Assembly (NCBI GenBank): GCA_038227875.1
Contig: JBBRPR010000057.1
Coordinates: 1 to 53,397, forward strand
Direction of reading: 5' to 3'
From: Planctomycetota bacterium
GTDB taxonomy: Bacteria; Planctomycetota; SZUA-567; H5-PLA8
Length of the DNA: 53,397 nucleotides
Positions 1 to 7,680 of this stretch are shown in pieces (positions within the stretch are counted from its first letter, which is position 1; each line of letters begins with the position of its first letter). Both the position numbers and the translations under genes were made by a program. The notes beneath the pieces are model-generated. The model made no database searches. It was not told the DNA's origin and saw nothing but the letters and a program-made list of their open reading frames with translations.

Positions 1-108
1 CAATCTGATTCTATTCCCGCTGCGGCACCGTCACGCGATTCATAACGCCATATATTTTGAGAATCAATCCGCGCCGTTCACACTTTCCCGCGCCGATTTA
101 TCTGAGAC

Positions 109-1089
109 TCACAACGCTGAAGTACGTGATTCCCGACACCACGCACTAATACTCCAGTCGTCAAGCTGTACCGCAAAACGTTTTCCGTCATTCGAGATGA
201 CGGCATTGAGAACTGCCGTCACTCCGATATCCAGTTCCGCCCTCAACTTTCGAGCGGGAATGTCCCAGATACGCACTCTCCCCTTTTCGTCCACAGTAAA
301 TAGGTGCGTACCGTCTTCCGACAGCACGGACTTCATAATTCGGGGCGTGTTGCCTGAGAGTGTCGCGACTTCCTGTCCTGTTTCCAAGTCCCCAATGATG
401 ATCTCACTGCGTGCTCTCGCCCAGACGTGATCGTCGTGGTTTGTTCTGCTCACAATGCGTAACGTCCCATCTTCAAATTCAACAACAGCGCCTGCCGGTT
501 GTAAAATCTGTTCAAGCGCATCCAGCGCGTTGATGTTCTTGACGGTTAACGTGATTCTGGTGTGGGCTGAACCGAAATCGATCATCCACTTCTCGATGAC
601 GTATTTCTCCTTCAACACAGATCCAAGCAGGTATTCAAGCGCCTCATCCATGGGATGGGATTTCAAAACAAAGGAAACCGGTTCGGGGTGCCGCGCGCGG
701 AATGCTTCACGCCAAGGCTCCTTGAGCATTGGAGGTTGGTAGCCATTCCCATTTGAATATTGCACGAGTCCGACTGCGATCGGACGCTTACTGGATATTG
801 GCACTAGGTCCGATGGCGCGGGGTGGGATGAAATCTCCACGCCCGATTGTGCGTCCGAGATGTGAACGACGTCATCGATCCAGAGAACCCGCTTGCAATC
901 TTCCGTGAATGCGACGAACGAGATATTTCCAACGTGCTGCGCGACTTTTGTCTGCAGCGTCCACGGTTGCCAATGCAGCCAGAGTGCCGTCGCACTCCCG
1001 ATCAGCAGCACGAACAGCACCAACGTCCGAAGCGAAAATCGGGGGCACAGGAATCGTAACGCGTGGTGCGCGGGAACGGCGCTGCTCAT
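109..1089 (-). CDS. Membrane-anchored WD40-repeat protein with an internal STN/secretin-N-like segment; possibly C-terminally truncated
   Basis: N-terminal RFSLRTLVLFVLLIGSATALW hydrophobic anchor; WD-like blades (LFTVDEKGRVRIWD, ISNDGKRFAV); too few blades for a complete propeller. Confidence 0.7.
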   Translation of the reverse strand: MSSAVPAHHALRFLCPRFSLRTLVLFVLLIGSATALWLHWQPWTLQTKVAQHVGNISFVAFTEDCKRVLWIDDVVHISDAQSGVEISSHPAPSDLVPISSKRPIAVGLVQYSNGNGYQPPMLKEPWREAFRARHPEPVSFVLKSHPMDEALEYLLGSVLKEKYVIEKWMIDFGSAHTRITLTVKNINALDALEQILQPAGAVVEFEDGTLRIVSRTNHDDHVWARARSEIIIGDLETGQEVATLSGNTPRIMKSVLSEDGTHLFTVDEKGRVRIWDIPARKLRAELDIGVTAVLNAVISNDGKRFAVQLDDWSISAWCRESRTSAL

Positions 1090-1291
1090 TGCTACAGATT
1101 AACGTGCGAGAACGAACGAGTTGTGAGTAATTCCAGTTCGCTTACCTCTTGCACTTGTTCCTAAAACGAACCGCGGAAGAAACATTCTCGCTTCAACGGA
1201 CCACCTCCCTATTGCACCTCGTGCGCCAAGAGCTAAGATCGCTCTGTCGGCAAACTTTTTCCCGCTCAGAAAAAATTTTGTTCAACTATTT

Positions 1292-1318
1292 GGAACCATT
1301 CCGTTCGCGCGGTGTCAT
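1292..1318 (+). promoter_or_regulatory. Putative ECF-sigma autoregulatory promoter
   Basis: GGAACC(1292-1297)-N16-GTCAT(1314-1318), the GGAAC-N16/17-GTC pattern of RpoE-type promoters, about 55 nt upstream of an ECF sigma gene. Confidence 0.55.
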
Positions 1319-1372
1319 CTTCGGCGAGCAGGGACCTTTCGAAGTGGGTGCGGTAAGAAAAAGGGAGCGGCG

Positions 1373-1954
1373 ATGCCTACGACGGCCTTGATGATCGAAG
1401 CTCTCGTCAAGATGCGGCATGAGCCCGGCGGTGTACCTGTCGATCATTTCTGGCAATTGGTCGAACGTTTCCGCGCGGATCTCGTCAACCAGGCGTTTTC
1501 ATTCACGGGCAATCAGATGGACGCCGAGGACATCGCGCAGATGTCGCTGGCCAAGGCGTTCCGTCTGCTGCCGACGCTCAAAGAGCCGCAGAAACTCGGG
1601 TCATGGCTGCGCACCATCAACCGGCGGGAAGCGCTGAATTTTCTGCGCTCACGCCGCCGCAATCCGGTCTACGCGACGGGAGAACTCGACCCCAACTCGG
1701 CGGCCGCACCCATGACCACACCCACCGGCAGCAACATGGAAGCCGTCGCGCGCAACACCTCCATCGAACAGGTGGCGCGCGCCGTCGACACACTGCCGGA
1801 GATTTACCGCGAACTGGTCGTCCTGCGCTACTGGGAACATCTCGATACGCAACAGATCGCCGAGCGGCTGAACATTCCCGTGGGCACGGTCAAAAGCCGG
1901 ATGGCCCGCGCCGATTGCCAGCTGCTCGAAAAACTGCGGCGCATCTGGAACTGA
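1373..1954 (+). CDS. ECF RNA polymerase sigma-70 family factor
   Basis: Region 2 (DAEDIAQ...SWLRTINRREALNFLR) and region 4 (LPEIYRELVVLRYWE...IAERLNIPVGTVKSRMARA); GGGAG RBS. Confidence 0.93.
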   Translation: MPTTALMIEALVKMRHEPGGVPVDHFWQLVERFRADLVNQAFSFTGNQMDAEDIAQMSLAKAFRLLPTLKEPQKLGSWLRTINRREALNFLRSRRRNPVYATGELDPNSAAAPMTTPTGSNMEAVARNTSIEQVARAVDTLPEIYRELVVLRYWEHLDTQQIAERLNIPVGTVKSRMARADCQLLEKLRRIWN

Positions 1955-1964
1955 CCAAAAGGGA

Positions 1965-4004
1965 ATGGCGCACATGAAATCAACGCCCATGGAAGCCGCG
2001 ACGGAAAATCTTCCGCTCGAATGCCTCGAGACGATCGACAATTTCCGCGCCTACGCGGAAGGCTCGCTCTCGATGAACGACGGCAAGCGCTTCGAAGGCC
2101 ACGTCCAGATCTGTGCCGGTTGCCGGGAACGCTACGCGGCGCACAAGCAGTTGTTCTCACTGATGGAAAACACCATCGGTGCGCGTTCGCTGGCGATGGA
2201 TTTTGAAGCGCGCGCGGAGCGTAAACTGCAGAACACGCCGGAGCACGCCGCCGAACCGATCGAAGCGATGAGCGAAGAGGAACTCGCCGCCGCACCGATG
2301 CCCGGCGATGAAGCGCAAGCGGCTTCGGAGCGCGAACGCCTGACGCTGGCGGCGTTCGTCGCGACGCGACTCGGTGCCGTGCCGTGGTGGGGTGTTTCGG
2401 CGGCGCTGCATGTGCTCGTGATCGCGCTGGCCGGCTTGCTGACGATGGCCATCGACATGCCTCACGGCGACGACGCGGTGATCATGGTCACCGAACTGCA
2501 GGCGCGACCCAACGTGGTTCAGGACAAGGTCGAAGACAAAGACGAGAAACTCGCCGAGATCATGACCAGCAAGGCGGTGACGCCCACGGATCCAACTTCA
2601 AAGGAGTGGTCGAAGGTCGAAGTGCCGCCGGACATCATGGCCAAGGCGGAGCTCGGCGATCATTTTGAAACGATCAACCCTGACCGCCCGGACACGCAGA
2701 GCGCGTACGGAAATCCGGAAGCGGCGCTCTTTCACTCGGTCACCGGCAACGCGGACGCGGCCGGCGGTGGCGGAACCAACGGCGTGGGGATGGAAGACGT
2801 GGTCGGCATCGGCGGAGCGGCGACGCGCGGCACCGGCGGCGGATTTGGCGGCGGCGACGGCACGGGCATCGGCACCGGATCGGGATCCGGCCGCGGGAGC
2901 TTCGGCAATCGTAACGGCGGCGGGCGGCGCTTAATGGTCGCGCGGCACGGCGGATCGCGCGCCACCGAAGGCGCGGTCGACAAGGGCCTGGACTGGCTGG
3001 CGCGCAATCAGGAAGCCGACGGCCACTGGGACAACCAGAAGCACGACGGAAAAAATCAAAACGCGGCGCTGCAGAACGACGAAGCGGATATGGCGGTGAC
3101 TGGCTTCGCAATCCTGGCTTTCCTCGGCGCGGGGCACACTGAAAAAGTCGGCAAGTACAAGGACAATGTCTTGAAGGCCGTCGCGTGGCTGAAAGCGAAG
3201 CAGAATCCCAACGGCTCGTACCTGGCCTCCAACTACGGCCACGCGATCGCCCTGATGGCGATGGCGGAAGCCGCGGGGATGGCGCGCGTGCCCGACACCA
3301 TCGAGTCGGCGCAGAAAGCCGTCGACTGCACCGTCGGCGCGAAAGTGAAGGGCGACACCAGCAGCGACCGCGGCGGCTGGGGCTACGCGCCGACTCAACT
3401 GCGCGACACGCAGCATGGCGACATGAGCAACAGCGGCTGGGCGATGATGTCCCTGAAAAGCGCGAAGGTCGCCAACCTGCATGTCCCATTTGAAGCGATC
3501 GAAGGCTGCCACTCGTACCTGGACGCATGCGAGATCGGCAAGGTGAAAGGCGATTCGTACACGGGCATGATGTTTGGCTACGCTCCCGATCCGGCGAACA
3601 AGGGCAAGGAACCGGGCCGTGCGATCTGCAATTCGATCGGCTGTCTCGGCCGCCTGTTCTTCGGCACGCCGGCGAACGAAGTGGAAAACGGCGCGCAGAA
3701 CATGATCAAGGTCGCCGGCCTGCCCGGTGGTGAGAAAGCCAACGCCTTCAATGCTCTCGGGCTCTACTACATGTACTACGGCACGCTGGTGACGTTCCAG
3801 GTCGGCGGCGACACGTGGAAGACATGGAACGAATCGCTGAAGGCGACCCTCCCGCCGCTGCAGGTCAAAGGCGGCGCCGACGACGGCAGCTGGAATCCGC
3901 AGGGCTCATTCAGTGAACGGTGGGGCCGCGTGGGGCAGACGGCGCTCTCGATCCTGTGCATGGAAGTGTACTATCGCTACCAGAGGCTCAATCAAGGCCT
4001 GTAG
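1965..4004 (+). CDS. ZAS (zf-HC2) anti-sigma domain + TM + Gly-rich linker + prenyltransferase/squalene oxidase repeat (alpha/alpha barrel) domain
   Basis: HVQICAGC (HxxxCxxC) at 2100-2123; TM WWGVSAALHVLVIALAGLL; QW-like repeats LARNQEADGHW, LKAKQNPNGSY, GGWGY, GSWNP; starts 10 nt after the sigma stop (alternative ATG 1974). Confidence 0.85.
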   Translation: MAHMKSTPMEAATENLPLECLETIDNFRAYAEGSLSMNDGKRFEGHVQICAGCRERYAAHKQLFSLMENTIGARSLAMDFEARAERKLQNTPEHAAEPIEAMSEEELAAAPMPGDEAQAASERERLTLAAFVATRLGAVPWWGVSAALHVLVIALAGLLTMAIDMPHGDDAVIMVTELQARPNVVQDKVEDKDEKLAEIMTSKAVTPTDPTSKEWSKVEVPPDIMAKAELGDHFETINPDRPDTQSAYGNPEAALFHSVTGNADAAGGGGTNGVGMEDVVGIGGAATRGTGGGFGGGDGTGIGTGSGSGRGSFGNRNGGGRRLMVARHGGSRATEGAVDKGLDWLARNQEADGHWDNQKHDGKNQNAALQNDEADMAVTGFAILAFLGAGHTEKVGKYKDNVLKAVAWLKAKQNPNGSYLASNYGHAIALMAMAEAAGMARVPDTIESAQKAVDCTVGAKVKGDTSSDRGGWGYAPTQLRDTQHGDMSNSGWAMMSLKSAKVANLHVPFEAIEGCHSYLDACEIGKVKGDSYTGMMFGYAPDPANKGKEPGRAICNSIGCLGRLFFGTPANEVENGAQNMIKVAGLPGGEKANAFNALGLYYMYYGTLVTFQVGGDTWKTWNESLKATLPPLQVKGGADDGSWNPQGSFSERWGRVGQTALSILCMEVYYRYQRLNQGL

Positions 4005-4030
4005 CGCGCCGCACTCATCGTGTTCGATCA

Positions 4031-4060
4031 GAAAACTCGCGACGCACGTCGCGAGTTTTC
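4031..4060 (+). terminator. Intrinsic terminator-like hairpin
   Basis: GAAAACTCGCGACG-CA-CGTCGCGAGTTTTC, 14-bp arms, 26 nt after the 4004 stop. Confidence 0.7.
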
Positions 4061-4191
4061 GTTGCTCACCGCATGAATTCTGCACGGTCCGAAAATTCAG
4101 CGCAGATTCTGAGGGCCATTCCTCCCGTTTGTTCATAGCACTCTTAGACCGGGGCTCCGACACACCGGTTTAACATGAGCTGGGAGCGACT

Positions 4192-5247
4192 GTGTTCAGG
4201 TTAAATGCGAGAGGCAAACAGTGGGTGCGGGTCATGATCATCCTCAGCCTGCTCGGCGGGGCGGGCTGGATTCTGACGCGGCCGGCGACGGTTGAGAAAG
4301 TCGACTGGGCGATCGCCAAGGTCATGTCAAAACACGACGCCACCCCGCCGGCGCCGAACCCGGCCACCGCGTCATCCACGTTGCCAACGGACCGCCGCAC
4401 TGAGATGCCGGACGCCACGCCGAATTCCATGCAGGAGTCGATCCGCAAACACATCGAAAAACGGGATGGTGCGTGGGCGCTGTTCAAATCCACGCGGGAT
4501 TACAAATCCTGCGCGTCACCGCAAGCGCTTGCGCGGATGCTGGCGGACATCGACGAAGCAATCAGAACCTTCGACGAACTGAGCCGCGTGAACATGCAAG
4601 CCGCGGGCTACAACGAGCCGACCAACTTCGGGATGCTCGCCGAACAGGCCCGTCGCGACGAAATTGAAATCATGGACAAGCTCAGCGTTGCGCTGCAGCG
4701 AGAAAAGGCCGCCCGCGCGCCGGAAACTCGCGAACCGAAGTCTGCAGCGGAGGACCGGCCTGCTCCTGCACCGGAGAGCGTCGAGATGCTCAGAGTACCG
4801 TTCGATAGAGCGCTGCAGGAAGTCGAAGGCGCGCAGAAAAGCTACGACGCCGCCTCGACGCGCGAGGAGAAATCGGAGCGCATCTCCGGATTGGCGCGGG
4901 CGGAAATCCGGCTGGCCAGAGAGCTCAAGCTACTGCAGTCGGCGTGGACCGATGCGCAGACGGAACTTCGAAAATTGGAAAACGCCACCCCGGCGCCAAA
5001 GGCTCTGGCCGACGCAAAGGCGACGCTGCTGCGGCGCCAGGAAGCCCGCGATTACGCGCAAGGCGTGATGACCGCGAAAAAATACTGCACCGCCACCAAG
5101 CTCAAAAAGTACGAAATGCAATCCGCCGACCCCATCCTGGGCGAAAACGCAGTGGAGGTCGAAGGCCGCGTGATCATCCTCACCGATCGCGGCCAGCAGC
5201 GCACGATCGAAAAATCGCAGATGGAATCCGTGGAAGAGATCAGGTAG
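4192..5247 (+). CDS. Hypothetical membrane-anchored, largely coiled-coil protein
   Basis: GGGAG RBS before GTG; N-terminal TM (VMIILSLLGGAGWIL); Ala/Glu/Arg-rich helical body; small beta-rich C-terminus. Confidence 0.7.
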   Translation: MFRLNARGKQWVRVMIILSLLGGAGWILTRPATVEKVDWAIAKVMSKHDATPPAPNPATASSTLPTDRRTEMPDATPNSMQESIRKHIEKRDGAWALFKSTRDYKSCASPQALARMLADIDEAIRTFDELSRVNMQAAGYNEPTNFGMLAEQARRDEIEIMDKLSVALQREKAARAPETREPKSAAEDRPAPAPESVEMLRVPFDRALQEVEGAQKSYDAASTREEKSERISGLARAEIRLARELKLLQSAWTDAQTELRKLENATPAPKALADAKATLLRRQEARDYAQGVMTAKKYCTATKLKKYEMQSADPILGENAVEVEGRVIILTDRGQQRTIEKSQMESVEEIR

Positions 5248-5264
5248 CGCCGGAGAACGATGAG

Positions 5265-6740
5265 ATGACCACGCGAGACGCATCTTCCCCGGACGAAGTC
5301 TTTGAACTGGCGGAATCGTCCCGGACGGCGGCGGACGACGTAGCGGGAGATCACGGCGAAAAGTCGGCCCTCGGGACGACCGTCGCCGCGGCGCTCATCC
5401 GGGGAGGCAAGGCCGTGCCGTCCGCGCTGAGCACGTCATTGCGCTGGCTTCGGAAGACCTTCACCGAACCGGACCCTGTCCACGCGGCAAAAAAGAACAG
5501 CTCGCGCCGCTTAACACCGCAGACCGTCGCAGCGCCGGAAGATCCGGCCGTCGCCGACCTGGTCAACACGCTGATTCTGGATGCGCATGCCAGGGGCGCC
5601 TCGGACATTCACATTGAACCGCGCTTCGACCAGTGCGTCCAAGTGCGCCACCGCATCGACGGCCAGATCAAAGCGGCCGGCGAATTGCCGTGGAAGTTCC
5701 ACCGCGCGGTAATTTCGCGCATCAAGATCATGGCCGTGCTGGATATCGCCGAACGGCGCAAACCTCAGTCCGGCAAGATCCGGCTGAATCAGTGGACCGA
5801 CCTTGACCTGGAACTGCGCGTCGAAATCTACCCGACGATCGGCGACGTCGAGGACGCGTCGCTGCGGCTGCTTTCGCCTTCGGCTCAACGCACGCTGGAG
5901 AAACTGGATTTCTCGCCGGCGAATCTGGCCGCGATGAAAGCGCTGATGCGCCAGCCGGCGGGGTTGTTTCTCTGCGCCGGCCCCAGCGGTTCGGGCAAGA
6001 CCACCACGCTGCACGGCGCGTTGGGGCACATCAAGGATCAGAACATCAAGATTCTGACCGCCGAGGATCCCGTGGAGATCACGCAGCCGGGCCTGCGCCA
6101 GTTGCAGGTGAACCGGAAAGCGGGCGTCACGTTCGCCGACGTGCTGCGTTCGTTTCTGCGCTGCGATCCGGATGTGATCATGATTGGAGAAATGCGCGAC
6201 TTTGAAACCGCCAGCGTGGCGCTGGAAGCGAGCCTGACCGGGCATATGGTCTTAAGCACCATCCACACAAATTCAGCGGTCGAAACCATCTCGCGTCTGC
6301 TCGACATGGGGCTGGATCCATATTCGTTTTCCGATGCGCTGCAGGCGGTGCTCTCACAACGTCTCGTCCGCACGCTCTGCAAAGCCTGCCGCGCGCCGTC
6401 GCGGAACTCGGCAACGCTGCTGGCCACGCTTCAGAAAGAATACGGCAGCGACACGCTCTTCCGCACGTTGTTGAGCCAATCCGAGGAAGAGCTGTGCGAA
6501 CCGCGTTTCGATCCCTGTCCGGAATGCAGCGGCGAAGGCTATCGCGGCCGCGCGGCGATTCACGAACTGCTGGTGCTGGACGAGTCGATTCGGAAGCAGA
6601 TCATGGCGCGGAACAACGTTTCGCAGATTCGCGAAGCCGCCGTGGCGTCGGGCATGCGATCGCTGAAGCAGGATGGAATCGAGAAGATTCTCGCTGGCCG
6701 GACAACGCTTTCGGAAGTAAACATGAACTGCATGCGCTGA
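5265..6740 (+). CDS. GspE/PilB-family secretion/pilus assembly ATPase
   Basis: ASDIHIEP, Walker A GPSGSGKTTT, Asp box TAEDPVE, Walker B DPDVIMIGEMRD, His box TGHMVLSTIHTNSA, Zn motif CKAC..CPEC; start placed at ATG 5265 after GGAG, downstream of the previous stop. Confidence 0.92.
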   Translation: MTTRDASSPDEVFELAESSRTAADDVAGDHGEKSALGTTVAAALIRGGKAVPSALSTSLRWLRKTFTEPDPVHAAKKNSSRRLTPQTVAAPEDPAVADLVNTLILDAHARGASDIHIEPRFDQCVQVRHRIDGQIKAAGELPWKFHRAVISRIKIMAVLDIAERRKPQSGKIRLNQWTDLDLELRVEIYPTIGDVEDASLRLLSPSAQRTLEKLDFSPANLAAMKALMRQPAGLFLCAGPSGSGKTTTLHGALGHIKDQNIKILTAEDPVEITQPGLRQLQVNRKAGVTFADVLRSFLRCDPDVIMIGEMRDFETASVALEASLTGHMVLSTIHTNSAVETISRLLDMGLDPYSFSDALQAVLSQRLVRTLCKACRAPSRNSATLLATLQKEYGSDTLFRTLLSQSEEELCEPRFDPCPECSGEGYRGRAAIHELLVLDESIRKQIMARNNVSQIREAAVASGMRSLKQDGIEKILAGRTTLSEVNMNCMR

Positions 6741-6896
6741 ACTCAATGCATCACGTGCAGGAAGAGAATTGTATTTTTCATGCAACTGGCAGCGTATTTT
6801 CTATGTATCTAAATTACTGACACAGCCTACATGCTTTCAGGTCCGTTGTCGGTGATTTGGTTGGTATGGCGTACATTCCCGCTACAGGAGGTATAT

Positions 6897-7388
6897 ATGT
6901 GGTTCGACTTCAAAAAAGCCGTGTGCCTGCTGCCGCTCGTGGTCGTCGTGGGTTGTGGATCGGATTCGACGCCGCCGAAACCCAAGACGGTCGATAAGCC
7001 TGTGGTCACGACGCCGGAGCCCGCAACTCTTCCGCCGCCGCGCTTGCCGGACGAACCGCCGCTGCCTAAGAATCCGGCCACCGAGCCCACCTCCAGCGCC
7101 ATGCCGCCGCCACCGCCCAAGGATGTCGCGAAAGTCGATGCGCCTCCTGCGCCGACAAAGAAGGTGCTCGACGAATTCGATCCGGAAGTCGTCGGCGGAC
7201 GCCCGATCGGCAAGTGGATGGAGATGCTCCGCGGCGACAAGAAGGACGACATCATCGAAGCCGCCGAGGCCTTGAAACAGGTCCCGACGAAAGCCAAGAG
7301 CGCCATCCCGCGATTGCAGGAGCTGACGAAAAACGCGGACAAGGAGATCGCGCAGGAAGCGGTGGATGCGTTGAAAGTCATCAAATGA
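6897..7388 (+). CDS. Lipoprotein with Pro-rich linker and C-terminal HEAT-like helical repeat
   Basis: AGGAGG RBS; lipobox VVVG-C; Pro-rich spacer; AAEALKQV...AIPRLQEL...AQEAVDAL. Confidence 0.75.
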   Translation: MWFDFKKAVCLLPLVVVVGCGSDSTPPKPKTVDKPVVTTPEPATLPPPRLPDEPPLPKNPATEPTSSAMPPPPPKDVAKVDAPPAPTKKVLDEFDPEVVGGRPIGKWMEMLRGDKKDDIIEAAEALKQVPTKAKSAIPRLQELTKNADKEIAQEAVDALKVIK

Positions 7389-7393
7389 GTGCG

Positions 7394-7674
7394 AATTCAA
7401 AATTCAAAAACATGCGGAAGACCTTGGTGCCAGTCGCTGTCCGACCTTGTTGACCATGATCAACAAGGTCGGACAGCATATGGAAAATTTTCCATATGCT
7501 GGAAATTGACCAGCGGCCAAATTTGAACGAATACGAAGTCGACCAACCTTCAGGCAAATTTGCCTGACCACTTCTAATGGTGGAGTTGTAACTGTGGCAC
7601 ACCTGGGGACCAATTGGTCCCCGGGGAAAACAGTCCGCGAACCGTTTCGCAGCGCGCGTTTTGAATTTTGAATT
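7394..7674. repeat. Array of variable ~26-bp palindromes bracketed by a perfect 16-bp inverted repeat
   Basis: IR AATTCAAAATTCAAAA (7394-7409) / TTTTGAATTTTGAATT (7659-7674); palindromic units start at 7444, 7475, 7509, 7546 and 7601. Confidence 0.85.
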
Positions 7675-7680
7675 GCCGTC

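Noticed and set aside
2950..4004. True squalene-hopene cyclase / hopanoid cluster
   Set aside because: Single barrel without the DxDD catalytic motif and no hpn genes nearby
4944..5264. N-terminal extension of the GspE ORF
   Set aside because: Overlaps the upstream CDS in another frame, reads as Arg-rich shadow sequence, and a good RBS precedes ATG 5265
7381..7602. Short ORFs sharing the peptide DLVDHGQQG / LLxMVNKV with ORFs near 24951-25300
   Set aside because: The similarity is only the translation of the shared DNA palindrome; no independent coding evidence
7421..7650. CRISPR array or integron attC sites
   Set aside because: No constant direct repeat and no cas genes; units are far shorter than attC sites, lack paired RYYYAAC/GTTRRRY ends, and no integrase is present
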